Assembly (NCBI GenBank): GCA_030265395.1
Contig: JARFYF010000022.1
Span: 30,471,120-30,535,119, forward strand
Direction: 5' to 3'
DNA from: Rhina ancylostomus
Taxonomy: Eukaryota
DNA: 64,000 nt
Under the pieces are notes generated by a model. It made no database searches and was not told the origin of the DNA. It worked only from the letters and a program-made list of their open reading frames with translations. Each line of letters opens with the position of its first letter. Positions within the stretch are counted from its first letter, which is position 1. The position numbers were made by a program, and so were the translations under genes. Below, piece by piece: positions 13,370 to 27,709 of this stretch.

Positions 13370-14210
13370 GGGGAAACGTGTTGGAGGTGTGGCGAGAAAA
13401 ATTGAGCAAAGTATAGGGGAATGACATTGGTCCTCACTGGGATTAAATCTGTCGTGGGTCTGCAGGGAATGGAGGGATATGAATCAAGGAAGAAGACATT
13501 TATTTTAATTTGGCCTCGTGTTCAGCACAGACATCATGAGCCAAAGGGCCTTTTCCTGTGCTGTACTGTCCTATGTTCTATCATTTAAAAGGCACTGATA
13601 CAAGAGCATATATAGAGAAGCAGGTATCTGCCATGCAGGGCTCCGAGACTGCTCTGCCATTTAATGAAATCATAGCCTTATCTTCCCTTTCCTGTTTCAC
13701 CCCCATGAGCACCCTTGCCACTGAATCTATCTTAGCTTTGAATATACTTAGGCACTCGGCATCTATCTCTCTCGTGAGTTCCAATGATTCTCAATACTTT
13801 GAGAGAAGAAATTCCTCAGTTTTAAATGAGCGACCCATGATCCTGACGCTATAGTTCTACACACTCCCATCAGAGGAAGCAGTCTCTCAGCAACCAATCA
13901 ACAAGCCCTGTCAGAACCTTAAATGCCAATTACAACCTTAGTCTAATAAATTTGACAAACATGAAACTAGATTGTTTCTGCCTCATCAGATTATGACTTA
14001 CTCTATGTTCCAGACCCACCTTTTTAATAATGGATTCCAGCACCTTCCCATCAGAGATGGATGGTTTACCAGCTTGGAGGTACTCCTTTCTACCTTTTTG
14101 AATGCTTTCTACCTTTTTGAATCTGCTTTTCCAATCCATTGCGTCTTTAAGAGACAAGAGAACCTTGGAAGATCAAAGCCAATGCACCCAATAATCCATG
14201 CCTCAGACAC
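13370..14210. mobile_element. CR1 relics: plus-strand 3' end (about 13370-13580) and minus-strand fragments (about 13600-14210)
   Basis: ccaaagggccttttcctgtgctgtactg tail; minus-strand LSIFKAKID and GKVLESIIK peptides. Confidence 0.6.
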
Positions 14211-16234
14211 CAAAACACCTCCTGAATAATTCCAGTTAACAAAATCTTCATTCTGTTTAATCTGCCACTTGTCAGTGAACCTGACATTACTTGAAACAAA
14301 ACAAAACCAAGCATTGCATTTTAGGTAATGTGTTTCTCTGAAAGATTTGCCAATGTCAGGATTTATTTTCAAATTTTATTACTGCATTTCCAAGTATTGA
14401 GATAAATGCAATGAATCAGGAAACTGCAAACTAAGACACTTGTTAAGTCACATGTCACGAGTATGAGAAGATTGCTTTCATCTGTTCTGATTTAATGTGC
14501 CTACACACCTCAATCCTTCCAGACAAGCTCGTGGTAAGTCTGTAAAAACTCAGTAACAGGCTGCAGAGAAACAAATGGCATGGTTTGGATAAGGTGTTAC
14601 TGATTCCTTCTTTTTACTACTCATCTTCAACTAGGCAGGAGCCCAAGAATGATACAATTCATCTTTGAAATTGTGCCAGATTCTCATGGTTTTACCTTAT
14701 TTTTCATCTCTCCCTTTCCTCTACCACCACGTAGAGCCAGAGTGAAGCTTTGTTTTGTACATCTAACGAAATGTCAGGAGATGAGAGAGGTAAAATAATT
14801 CTTCATATCAGTTTTCAACTGCAAGTTGCTTTGAGATCCAATTAAAGTGACTCAGGAATCCATGCACATGAAGAAAATCGAAGAATCAAAAGGCTTTATC
14901 AGAAATTCTCTGGCTGAATTTTTGCCTGACAGCATACACTAGTGCTAAAGCCCCCTTAGATGATTTGCAATGCCACACTGCGTTTCTTGATAAGTGTTTG
15001 GCTCAGTCATCTGCATTTGCTTTGAATGGACCAAAGACCAATTGAGCCAGTTATCCTGAAATAAATCTGCCCTTGCCCAATATTCAAGTAACACTCAGAT
15101 TAGTCTCTCTTACCATCAACAGTACATTTTACGTGCTCTGAAACTTGAAAGAATATGAAATGATTTCTGTATGGGCTGGCACACTCCTTCTCCAGAGTCC
15201 ATTTGTGTTATGTGGTAAAGGTCAGGAAAGAAAAGACCATTAGAGTTTTTAGAAAATGCTTCTGAACATCCCAACACGCAGTTCATAGAACTATTAGCAC
15301 TGACTTTCTTTACAACCAGGACTTAATTCCTTCCTTTATTTTACCCTTGTCTTGCATTTCAGCTCCACAATATCAATTTCATCCCGCTGATAAAAGTTGT
15401 TGAAAGTTCCTCAATTTCTAGTCATGCCTTTAACTTTAATTCTTTTGGATATAGGATTTAATTCTTCAAATCCTATGTGCAAGAGAAGAATTCTTCTGGG
15501 TCCCTCAGACATCTGGATGTCAATTGATTATTTCGGATCCTCCTGGGAGCAAAGATTCTTTTGTAGTAACACTGCCCTATTCATTAATGAATCAGACTCT
15601 ACCACGCTGGTCTCCAACACAAGAAAATAGCAGGATTAGGCCACTCAGCCCCTCAAATCTGCTCCACCACTTGTTATGATCGTGGCTGATCTATGCTGGC
15701 CTCAACTCCTCTCCAGCGCCTGTTCCACATAACCCTCAACAATCATTTCGTATGTTCAGTTTTGCTTTGAAAACAGTCTTACTCTAAGGTGAGATAGAGA
15801 TTCAACATGATCTTATTTGACTTATGGCATTGATTTTTGATGTTTTGTCTCCCCAAACTCATCTTAAAGACCTAAACTCATTCCATCTCAATTACCAGTT
15901 AAAAGCTCCAGAGCCACATGGTGCAGAAGGAGGCCACCAGCCCGCAGCGGTTCATTGCCGGAGCAACACTACAGTAATCCCACTGGCTTCACCTAGATGC
16001 ACTTCCTTCATCTCTCACTGCTTGAAATACTGACCTGCAATTCCTTTGGAAGCTACAACAGATCGTCTCAATCTTTCATTATGACAGCATATTCTGTGCT
16101 TCATCTGAGTTTGTCATGAAAGAGCATTTGTCTCATGATCTCCTTTTGGAAGAAATACAATATTCTCTGAGCATGCAAGTAGAAAAAGGGTTGTAGTAGG
16201 AAAGTGGACCAATACAGATGAAAAAGAAAATGTG

Positions 16235-17260
16235 CCAACACATTTTAAGTACTTCTGCACCAAGGAAGAAGTTGCTGTTAGATTCTCAGCAAAGACAGAT
16301 GTAACTGAAACAACTGCAGCTGCTGGAGTCTGGAACGACAAGCTATCTGTTGGAGGAACTCAACAGATGGAACAGCATCTGTAGGGGTGGGGGAAGGAAT
16401 TGTCGGCATTTCAGGTTAAAATCCTGCATCGGGATCCTTCAGCAGAGAGATGTAATTGAAGTTCTGGATGTGCGAAAATTTGAGAAAGAGGAGGCATTAG
16501 AAAGGCCAGCTGCATTTTAGGTGGATAAGACACCCGGTCCAGATGGAATGCATCCCAGAATACCGAGAGAAGTAAGGGAGGAAATTGCAGAGGTCTTGGC
16601 TGTAATTTGCCAACATCTGTAATTTGAGATTAGTGCCCGCGGACTGGAAAACTGCAGATGTTACACCAATATTCAAAAAAAGGGTGTAAGGATAAATCTG
16701 GTAACTATGGACTGGTCAGTTTAATCCTGGTGGAAGAGGAAGTTCTAGAAATAATCATCTGGTACAGAATTAGCAGTCACGTGACCAAGTGTAGACTGAT
16801 TAGGAAAACCTGCATGGATTTATTAAAAGCAAATCGTGTCTAATTAACTTGACAGAGTTGCTCGATAATGTAATACAAGTTTGATGATGGAAATATGGTT
16901 GTCTGGACTTGCAAAATACATTTGAAAAGATGCCAAACAATTGGGTTGCCATTAGGATTAATAACCATGGAATAAATGGGACTGCAAACTGTAGAATGGA
17001 AACAAGTATTAGGGATCTTGTTTGTGGGACTCGAGTGGTGTACAGCATAATTCCTCAGGAATTAGTACCAGGATTATTTTTCTTAATGGATCTTAAGGGC
17101 TTGGATGAACAGGGAGCAANNNNNNNNNNAAACTTGAAGAGGTGGTGAACTGGGAGTAAGAGACTTCAAAGAGATATAGACAGGCTGATGGGATGAATGA
17201 ATAGCTCGTGAGTAAACTTTAATTCCGAGAAATGCAAAGTGTTACATGAGGAGAGGTAAT
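16235..17260 (+). mobile_element. CR1 LINE relic (RT region) with a minus-strand Penelope-like insertion at about 16305-16438
   Basis: DKTPGPDGMHPRIPREVREEIAE, KKGCKDKSGNYGLVSL and RLQRDIDRL, typical CR1 ORF2 motifs; stops and frameshifts. Confidence 0.85.
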
Positions 17261-20200
17261 AGAAACCAGAGACCATAATTCTGCATCTCCTTACATGGCC
17301 ATGATGTACAAGAAGCCATATGTTGCAAAGCACTAATCTCAGCCCTTCAGCTCAGTTTTATAAGGTTACTGCGTGTAATTTAGGGAGTTGCTTGAGAAAC
17401 ACCATAGCGAATTTCGGACAATTCACCCGGGGCTATTTTGAGAAGGTTCTTCAGCTGTGAAGCACTGTCAGGTAATGGACTAGTACTGGTGAGATGCAAA
17501 ATGGAACAGCAGAGGCAGAGACCTGGGGGAAGCCTTGGGGCAGTTGGGATTCCCTTCTCCCACACTTTACCTTCCACAAAAGAAAGAAGGCCTTCTTCTA
17601 ATAAAGAGAGACATCTAGTTCGATGAAGATTCCAAAATTTAGGGATGACCCACCACAGTAGTGTAAATTACTTCTCCTAACGACACCTTCTTTTACATTC
17701 AAGGCTGACGATGTTTCCTGTGCATATTTACACTCTAACATTGAAGTATAGCTATCAGCTGTGAATCAGAGGTCAATTGAATTCACTTCGTGCATACAGC
17801 AACCTCCACGCGTTGGCATGCAATCAATTTCACGCTGCTGCATTAAAAGCATGCACTACATGATTTAATTTCTAGCTTTCTACCTCAGTAATAAGTCAAA
17901 AGCTCCTTAGACTTGAGGTCAGAGTTGGATGCAAGGCTCTGGTGAGAGGGATTTCAGGAGACAGCTTGCTATGGTTAAGTATCACTGGAGGCTATCTTTG
18001 CAATCCAAGACAATCTTGAGTAGTAGGTGGTCCTCTTGGAACCAAATTCTACTGAACAGCACACTTGGTGTTGGCAACACAGTGGCACTCAGTCAATTAA
18101 TCATGAATGTTTACTCTCAATTCATTAATTATTATTTTCTTCAGCTTCCATCGCCCCATGTAAGATGTCGCAACATCTTTTGTTTAGCTTCTGTCTCCTT
18201 AAAATATTTAACAATCCCAAAATCTCTTTGGCAAAGACTTTTCCCAATTCTTCTGAATAATCAAATGGCTGGGGAATGGTTAGAGATTTAAGGTATTTAA
18301 AGTCAAGCAACGAACCATTACCTCAGGCAATTGGAACAATCATTATTCCTGATTAAAAGCTGATTCAGCTGAAAACCTCATCTGTAAAGTGGTGGCTGCC
18401 AAATTAATTAATAAAAAGCATAACCACTGATTATGTTTTGTTTTGTAAAATTTACTGCAGCATGTAATTAGACAAAGGTTCAGACCAAATAACCTTCTTA
18501 CCTTGGTTCTATTAGCTAGAAAAGCATATTCATCAATTTAACATATCTAAATATTGGAATAGAATTTCCACTATGGCACCACTCATCCTGTTGCTGTTTC
18601 TACTTAAACTCTTGAATATTGCCAACTATCTAATCTTCTACAGCTGATACAATCAGTGTTTGAGAAGGCAATGATTTATTTTCTTTATATCCTTGGTTTA
18701 GAGTCATCCTTGAAATATTTAACCAATTTGCTGAATGCAGTTTAAATGGGTTTCCTACAAAAACTAAGCATTTCTATTCAGTCCAATCAAACCAACCAGT
18801 GAATAACTTGATAAGTAAAAACTACACTGAAAAAGAAACTAGATACATTGGTGTTAGCAGTTTCTTAGTAAATTAAATGTTATAAAATTTAAAACCTGCT
18901 GAAAGATTTTAACATCCACATTAATGTTGCAGTACTACAATAAACGGATTAACTTTAAGAATATCTATAATGGAGCCCAAATGGACACAATTATTGGAAA
19001 CAGTCTGTGGTGATTACTTCCCTCTCGAGTCAGAATTTGGTCCTGTTGCAATGTTTTTAATATCAGTGCAAAAGTTTACAGAAACACTGTTTACGCTGAA
19101 TGTCCTGTGCTCAAAATCCTTTACCTTTGGCACTGGCTTGTCCACCCGTCAGTAAATTACATTGAAGGAATGCAGCGCAACCAAGTGGGAATTCTGGGTC
19201 AAAACCTTTACTGTCAGACCAGACCAAGAGGGTGGATTTATTTTTCTTTGGTTCAGCTGGTTAAATATATCCCAGTGGGATGTGATAGTTCATATCATTA
19301 CTAGTTAAAAAATAACAAGACCTTTTGGAAGATCACAAAATTGCATTGCTAAACTAACATGACTTCAAAAGTAGAGGGTGGGGAACGTGTGTCCTGGATT
19401 GGGAAAGACTGGGCAAATGCAATAACAAATAGTGGAGAGATGGAATCAGCATTTCACTGTAAAAGAGACTGGCAGAGAGAGCAGGACAGTTCATGGATGT
19501 ACATTTCTCAAATGAGGAATCCTTCCAGAATCCAGATGTCGATTGCATTTGGTTGTGGCTACCACCTTGCTGCTCACCAGCTGACTATCCTGCTTCCTTC
19601 TTCCAAAAAATCCATGGAACTTTATTTCCCACACTGTGCTGACGATCCTGAATCAGTCCTCGCCTTTCCAAATGCTGGTGGATCCTTTCTCTCAGAATCT
19701 CCTCAGTAACCAGGTAGCACCAGGCAGGAGTCTCCAGTCAATGAGCCAGAGCAAGAAACAAGCCAGTGCTTCACAATGACTACATCACATGTATTCACTG
19801 AGTATAAATTACATCCAACTTGTAGAATATTAGCAAGACAAGCGTTCACCTGCAACCTGCAGCAAACTGGGAGCCCAGACAATGTGTAATCTTGCAATGT
19901 TTAACTAGAGTGCCAAACATACAAACGGCACGGTGAGGGTAATTAGTGGAGAACATTTTTGATTCCAGTCTATGCTATAATTCCTCACTCCAACACATGC
20001 TGCTTCATACACGACTGAACATGAAGTGAATTGCTAGTTAGACAAGTAGTACTGACAAAATCCAGTAGTAATCTCTTTCCTTCAAATTACTTCCAACAGG
20101 CTGGATTCTCTGGTCTTGTTTCCATGAGCTAGTCAATAAAATCCATATACATATGATGGGGTAATGAACAGGAGTTCTTTCAGTGAAAAGGACAAATATT

Positions 20201-20289
20201 GAATTAAATTAAAATAAATTAATTTGAATAGTTCAATCAAATGATTGACAAAAGTGTTCTCTTTAAAGTTAGACTTCCTTTTAAATTAA

Positions 20290-20548
20290 GGCCTAATTAT
20301 CCCTGATAAGGTGATGGTGAGCTGCCTCTTGGAACCACTGCAGTCTGTGATGAAGCTAATCCTATGGAACTACTGGGGAGGGAATTCCAGGATTTAGACC
20401 CAGTGATGCCAAAGGAATGGTGTATATTTCCACATCAGCACCATGTGTGTATGTGTGAAGGGAAAATGGTGGTGGCGTTTCCTTGCACCAGCTGCCCTTG
20501 TCCGTCTTGGTAGCAGAGGTCATGTGGGGTTGGGAGGTGCTGTTAGAA
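20290..20548 (-). mobile_element. LINE 3' fragment, clade uncertain
   Basis: ggtgagctgcctcttggaaccactgcagtc...gggaattccaggatttagacccag resembles a common chondrichthyan LINE end; a similar piece lies at about 49395-49445. Confidence 0.45.
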
Positions 20549-20628
20549 CTGATTGGTTTATTACTGATTACTAAAAGCCATCTGATCTGCGCTCTTGCGG
20601 CTCTAGAAAATATCAGTCCTTAATCATA

Positions 20629-20972
20629 GGCAGCAGAGTGGTGCAGGTAGCAGAGCCGCTGTCTTACAGCTCCTGTGACCCGGATTCAATCCTGAATCCC
20701 AGTACTGTCCGTGTGGAGTTTGCACATTCTCCCTGTGGCTGCATGAGCATCCTCCAGCTACTCCAGTTTCTTCCCACATCCCAAAGATGTGCAGGTTAAT
20801 TGTCCACTGGAAATTGCTCCTAGTGTATAGGCAAGTGGCAAAATCTGGGAGGAGTTGATGGGAAGGTGAGGAGAATAAAACTGGGATTAATGTAGGATTA
20901 GTGCAAGTGCATGGTTGATGGGCTTAGTGGACCAAAGAGCATGTTTCTGTGTTGTATCTCCCTATGATTCTA
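20629..20972 (+). mobile_element. V-SINE, full length, decayed
   Basis: tRNA-like head (gattcaatcc), gtgtggagtttgcacattctccc core, ctatgattcta tail. Confidence 0.8.
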
Positions 20973-21289
20973 TAACAAAGAGATTAGAGGTACTTGCTCA
21001 TTAAAATGTACTAAACAGATACAGAACAAAATCTTGCAAAGACTAACGAATTATTAGATTTTAGTTTGATAGGGAGATAATAAAAAGGAAGTTGATCTAC
21101 AACCACACAAGGAAGACTCCTGAACTACTATGTGCAGGACTTATCAGTGTCCCCCAGGAAAAATACATTGGCTCAGGAGAGAGCACACTTGTGGGTTCAC
21201 CAGAATGGTACCAGAGCTGTATGACATAGATTGAGAGAGGAGATTACAGAATCTAGACTTAAAAAACCAAATTAAAACTGTGGATATTG

Positions 21290-21662
21290 AAATCTGAAAT
21301 GAAAATAGAAATTGCTGGAAAGGCACAGAAGGTCAGGCAGCATCTATAGAGAGAGGAAATGGAGTTGATGAGCTCAGGTCTGGTGAAACATCATAAACCT
21401 GACATGTTACCTGTACTAGAGACACAAAAGACGGCAGATGCTGGAATCTGGAGCAACACACAAAGTGCTGGAGGAACTCAGTGGGTCAGGCAGCATCTGT
21501 AGAAGGAAATGGACAGTTGATGTTTTGGTGGAGGCCCTTCATCTGGACTGAAAGATGGAGGGGAGATAACCCAGATAAAAAGCTGAAAGGAAGGGGTGGA
21601 GCAAGAGCTGGCAGGTGATTGGTGAAGAGATGCTGCCTGTACTTCCAGTATTTCCAGCATTT
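21290..21662. mobile_element. Fold-back Penelope-derived element with a second Penelope-like copy nested at about 21418-21627
   Basis: Minus arm (tgctggaaa...caggcagcatct) at about 21290-21415, plus-arm remnant agatgctgcctg...tatttccagca at 21628-21662, and an inserted minus-strand copy with a hammerhead-like core at 21514-21550. Confidence 0.65.
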
Positions 21663-22729
21663 ACTCATTACACTTGAAACATTGAAGGTTAGGGAGAAAT
21701 GCAATTAAAAAAAAGAAGTTGCCACTTCTGCAGAACATTCTAAATTTTTATTGAAATCGAGATTCACAACATCAAGCTATGTGATTCACATCCTGGTGTA
21801 ATTGAGGTGGTACTGTCACTGAAAAGCAAATAAAAAGAAATTCTGTAGAATCATTAACACTTCTACATGCAGAATAATTGACAGACAGTTACAAGGTAGC
21901 TACACAATCTTCAGTTTTGGCTTTAGACTCTGTCACAAATCATGAAAATTTATCACATTATTTCCAGCAAAAGTTTGTTACTGCCTTTAGCTTCCCCTTT
22001 CCACTTGTTGAATGCAGGTAAAAATCAATATTCAGATACATGATGGAAGTAATCTCCTGAAGTGCAAAATCCCAAGTTTATTCATTATGTGGCCTTGCCT
22101 GTGGCCAGTCTACAGTTAAGTACAACATTTGGGCTGTTTCTACTGCAACAATAGGATCATCTAGTAAGCAAAGTTGAGAAATGGCTGCCTTTTAAAATCG
22201 GGGACTCACTGATAGATCCCTGAGCATAGGGAACCAAGGAGCTGTGGAAAGAAAGGGTTTATTAACTGAAGTTCCCATCACTGATCACTATCTAGCAAAA
22301 TTGTTGGATCAGTACAGGGTGGGGTCAGCCATGATATTGCCTTGGTTGAGTGGCATACAGAGACATGCTGACAAGATCAATATGATAACCAGTTGAGTGA
22401 GCTTCTGATATCTCTGGAAAACAACCCATCAGAAATACTTCCAGGGAAAAAAAGAGAGAAATAAGTGACAAGAGAAAAAGACAATAAATAAGCTTTAGCA
22501 ACAATTTCAGCACAATATATAAATGTCACCATTTTGCAAGGAAAGAGGATTAGAGAACTGTAAAGATAGAACATTGTGTCATTACTCAGGAGAGCGACAA
22601 AACAGTCACACAGATTCTCTAATTCACACTCCCTTCGAAGGAGACTCTACTTTTGGAGCAGAGGCTTTCAAATTCAAATTTACAAAAAAAAAACTCTGAA
22701 CTGGCATATAGTGATGTAACATCTTAAGA

Positions 22730-23420
22730 TGATAGTCTCATATTCATTTCAGCCATCTGGAGTCTATAAGGCGCATCTGTGGCCAAGAGAAGTACAAATA
22801 TATATGGAGATTGTGGTACAGCTATCTTTCTTAAACCATCCCCCGGGTTTGAGGGTGACATGCTTCACTCTGGTTTTGTGGATACTGAGGTGTCTAATGA
22901 TGTCACTGTGGGAACCATGGATTCTTCGACAGATGGAGCAGGCAATGTCTGATAGGGCCAGTAGGTGGGTAGTTATGAGTGTTGTTAGTATTATTAGGTC
23001 CATCACTTAGGTAGGGCTTAAGTGTGTGTTGGATTCATGGATCAGAGGTTCTCAACCATCCCGAGTGCTTTGTCCACTTTGAACTGCATGTGCAAGAGAT
23101 TCTCAGGAATCAGTGTGGATGTTACATTTCCTTAAGGAATCTTTGAGAACATTCATGAATCTTTTGCCTGATAATCTATTTAAATGACAGTGTTTGGAAC
23201 TGATTGTCTGAATCTGGTGTGGGGACTATGAATGATATAGCCTGCACAGTGTAACTCAATGCAACTAAAACTTCAATGCTGAGGATGTTGGCCTGGGAGA
23301 GGACACTGTGATTGGTTCACTTATCCTTCTAGTGAACTTAAATGATTTTATGGACAATATGCTGGTGGCATTCCAGTGCTTTGAGAAGCACACTGGAGGT
23401 CGTCCAAATCTCAGAAACTT
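22730..23420 (-). mobile_element. RTE-clade LINE relic (ORF C-terminus)
   Basis: Minus strand reads RFMNVLKDSLRKCNIH, similar to RTE/BovB C-terminal KRFKDxLKxxLKxCNI, followed by Cys/His remnants. Confidence 0.55.
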
Positions 23421-24889
23421 ACTGATGTAATTTAGGTCTTGTCTATGTTTATGTTTCCTCTCTTTTCCCTGATTTCTTGTGGTAACATAGGGAATGATTT
23501 CCTACATGAAGATCTTTGATCTTGTCAGTAATTTCAAAGCAGATTGCAATTTTAGCTATTATGTGATCAGGAATTGGCAATTTTTAATTCCCTCCAACTC
23601 ATCTTTTGAGTTTTGTTACATATTGTGGCAACACACAGGAGGACATCCCATCTGTAAATATCCAGATGATTTAATTTAAATCCCTATGGAAGAGTGAATA
23701 AGGATTACAATTCTGATTGTGGGGTTGGTAGAGCTGAGCACTGCAGCATGCAACAGAAACATACTGCAACAACTGGCATCATGATTCTGCATTTACTGGA
23801 AGGTGAAGAGGGGCAAAGGACAGGTCATTAGTTGGAGCCTGGAAGTGACAGTACAGGGACAGTAAACAAAGCATGAGGTAGAGTTGCAATACTTAGAAAC
23901 ACAAGAACAATGAATTAAGAACAAGAGAGGTGAGAGAGAATGAAGGTACTGTCAAATGTGCAAAATGTTGTTGAGAAACTAAGGACAACATCAAAAGATA
24001 ACACCCAAAATCACAGCTACATAAATTTGATCTGGGCACATGCTAATCAGTTATTTCAAAAAGAATTAAGTGCCTCAACTAAATCAGGTCACTTTCTATT
24101 TCTAATATTCATGTGTATAAAATGCCAAGGCAATGATTAGCTTCTGATTAAGGGATGACCTTTCCTCTCTCTTCTTATCCTAGATACACTGATATCAATC
24201 ACTTGGCCATCACCAACACTCCAAGAAAGGCCGGATAACTGAGGACAGATAAAGGATTAAACTTGATATCTTCCATGGGTGACTCTCTCAGTATCATTCT
24301 AAGCAGTGCAATTGCCAACCAAACCACTAAAAAATGCAACAAAATGTGTTTTTAATCTCATCACATTATTTCAATTGCTAGAATTTTGTTCCAGTAGCTA
24401 CCAGTGGTTGGATCTTAAATGTAAATCTTTTTGTTTTAAGGCTACTAGTTTTGTTGATCTAATATTTATCTCTCTTATTCATCAACTCACACTAAACTAA
24501 GATTTAGCTTGGAATGCAATCCCTCTCAGGCAGTTACTGTGAAGTGAATGTTGAAGTGGTTTGTTTTTACGAAAGGCTGCAATCAGGCAGCATTTATATT
24601 AATGTGGCTCAGGCAGCTCACTCACATAAAACAAAATTAAAATCAGACATAGGAAAAGCAAAGCTTTAACTGCAAATAAAATTAAATTCAAATCTCAGAT
24701 CGAATATTGTAATCTATCTAAAGATGTTAACAGAGATTAATCAGTATATTGAAAGACTTTGAGCTGTCATTGTACAAACTTTGTAATCTTGGTATCGAGT
24801 TCAATATTGTTTCCATCTGCAAAGATCAGAAGTGTTAAAAAAATAGTGTACTGATTGCCAGCACTCTGTCAGCCAGTGAGTTAGAGGTG

Positions 24890-25625
24890 GAGCATTTGAT
24901 GAAAGGTCATGAACCTGAAACGTTGGCTCTATTTACCTCTCTATAGATGCTACTTGACCTGCTGAGTATTTCCAGCATTTCCTGTCTTTGTTTCAGAAAT
25001 TCAGGGTCTTGACAAGGTGTTGCACAAAAATTCATGTTGTCAGGGTGATTATAGCAAGGGATAAAACAAAAATTGGCTGATAAGCAGAATGCAAAAAATA
25101 ATTGAGAGAAATGTGTTTTGGTGAGGTTGGGGAAGAGCTTGAAGTTGTGTGACCCGCGGATCAGTGCTGTGGCCACACTTGTTTTTTGGGACATATAGAA
25201 GATACGGACTTAGGAAAATTGTCACCCAATCTGTGCTTGGTTTCTCCAAAGTGGAGGACATCACATTTGTAGAGGTAGAATAAAACTCTGCTTCACATGG
25301 AAGAAGTGTTTAGGGTACGGGGTGGTGCAAAGGAAAAAGTAAACGAACAAAAGGAACATATTTTGTATCCACTCTGTTTGCATGGGAAGGTGCCACGAGA
25401 AGAGGAATGTATGCTGGTGGAGATGCAAGATTGATCCAGAGTCTCCTGAAGGGAACAATCCCTTTGGAATGCTACAAGGGGAGAGGAGGGGAAGGTGTGT
25501 CTCATGATGTCATCATGTTGGAAGTGGCAGAAATTGCTGCTGTTCCTTTCCCACAGATGCTGCCTGACCTGCAAAGTATTTCCAGCATGTTCTGTTTATA
25601 TTTCCAGTTTCCAGCATATGCAGGT
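24890..25625. mobile_element. Penelope-like element relic: minus-strand linker/GIY-YIG remnant flanked by plus-strand terminal-repeat fragments
   Basis: Minus-strand PLVAFQRDCSLQETL, RGTFPCKQSGYKIC and HFGETKHRLGDNF; repeat motif at 24895-24995 and 25535-25625. Confidence 0.75.
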
Positions 25626-25734
25626 TTTTGCTTAGGGAAAACGTAGATAGATTATCGGAATAGACAGATGGTACATGGTATAATTTAATGTGAATAAGTG
25701 TGTGGTAACACATTTGGCAGGGAAAACAAAAAAC

Positions 25735-26385
25735 ACATTGGGTATTCAGCTGAAAGATCCTAAAGGGTGCAGAAGCTTGGAGAGACCAGATGAGATCAAA
25801 TATATAAGCTTGAACAGAGGCAAAAAGCTATAAAAAAGCTAAATAGCATGAGTTTGGCCACAGTAAAAGTTCAGTCTGCTGTTTTGGCAACCCATTATTG
25901 TGAATATGAATATCACAGTTGGTATACAATAGAAATTAAACTACTCAGCAAAATGCCAAGGATGGGAAATTATGATCATTAGGAGGGACCTATAATATCT
26001 CCCCTCTTAGAGAATGTCTGCATGAATTTTTAAACATTTTTCTAAAGGTTTTGATAATAATGTCTAAGGAAAGAATATTTTCCTCTGATTGTGGAGAACA
26101 TCAGTTTTTAAATGTTCATTGTAAATTAGCTGAGGGATTAGGAGGTATTTGCATATAACCAGGAAAAAAAAGGATTGTTGGACCATTGTCACACTCATCT
26201 TGCATCTTTTTAGGGAAAAAGTGGATAAGTGAAGACAAGAAGGCTCTGGGGAGATGGTCAGGTTGGTGGAGGAGGACTGTACACAGGTGGAGAAAAGGGG
26301 ACAATTATACTGGTTTTGGATTGCTCAAGCAAAAAAAGCCTTAATAGGCTGAATGGTTGCCTTCAGTGCTGTATACTTTGATTCC
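25735..26385 (+). mobile_element. Highly decayed CR1 3' end
   Basis: Ends with ataggctgaatggttgccttcagtgctgtata; faint ORF2 C-terminal similarity. Confidence 0.4.
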
Positions 26386-27116
26386 TTAGTATTTATCCTG
26401 TGATCTTGTGATAAAGATGCATTTAGAATAATTCATGCTCCAGATACTAAGTTTAAAAAAACACACACAATATGATCTTAACAAAACTATCTGATCCACT
26501 ATAGAAATAACACAAAAGCTTTGAAAGGTATTGCAAAATCCCTCATTTTTGTCACCTCCCAAACATCTTCAACTGTGTGAGCTGAATTTTCCTAAGAACT
26601 CTTTTTAATCTAGTCAGAGTATGTAGATTTACACAACCAAAGCAGCTCCTGAAACTGTCTTGTTGAACATAGCTTAAGGGTCTTTGTTAAGTGTGACATG
26701 AGCACAAAGATAATCTTTCATCAATTTGTTTTGTTAAACAAACTCTAGGACCTTGAAATTACACTGTGAATTATTAGCTTGGATGCTTAGTATATTCATA
26801 AGTAATTCTGTTATCTAATAATTAAATGGAACCTTGATTGTATAAAATAAAAATTACAGAACAGAAAGAAAATTTAAATAAATATATTAAGAACTCATGG
26901 ATTTAGATCTTAGTTTATCCTTGACCTAAAACTTAATTCATTTTTTATCATGTAAAAATGCTACATTTTGGAAGGTTGTAATGCCATCATACATGTAGAA
27001 AATGATTTGTGAATCTTTTATTACGCAAATACCAGCCATCTGATAAAATGGAAAATATTGGAAATATGTTGTAGATCAGCAAGGATTGGAAAAAGGACAG
27101 GTTAATAATTTTTTTT

Positions 27117-27185
27117 TCAGAATCAGGTTTATTATCATTGACCTATATTTTGTGACATTTGTTGTTTTGCAGCAGCAGTACACAC
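27117..27185 (-). mobile_element. Rex1/Babar-type LINE 3' tail
   Basis: tcagaatcaggtttattatcattgac...tgttgttttgcagcagcagtac is the reverse complement of the tail at about 44795-44862. Confidence 0.75.
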
Positions 27186-27709
27186 AAAACGATTCTATTC
27201 ACTTTGACTATGGTTCTAGCTTTTCCTCTTTATGGTAGATTTCGTGTAAAATAAAGCATTTATATGAGCCCAAGCAGTTTGAAGTTCAATGTTGTGAGAT
27301 TGACTGTGAAAAGCCAAAAGCAAATGCCATTGAAACCTGTCAAACGGTCAATCAATCAATCAAGAAGACAGGGCGTGTACTTTACATAGTTCCAGCTTCA
27401 CTCCAGTTTGCTTTAACACACAAAAAATAATTCATCTGAACACTCTACTCAACTAATATAATGGGAAACTGCTTAAAACAAAGCTTAAAAGAATAAAATG
27501 ATGTCACTAAACACAAGTGGAACTCAAGAATGCTATCAACATTAGCAAAACGCTGCTGTGTTATAGCTTTGAGGCATGATTCAGCCTTTGCTATTTGTTT
27601 TTGCCCTTCTGTTTTTTGATGAAGCACCCTGTACTTAGGCATTTTTTCCCTGTCCTTGTAACCTGTACAACTGGATCCCACATTTGAACCAACCACACTA
27701 TGGCGTGGT

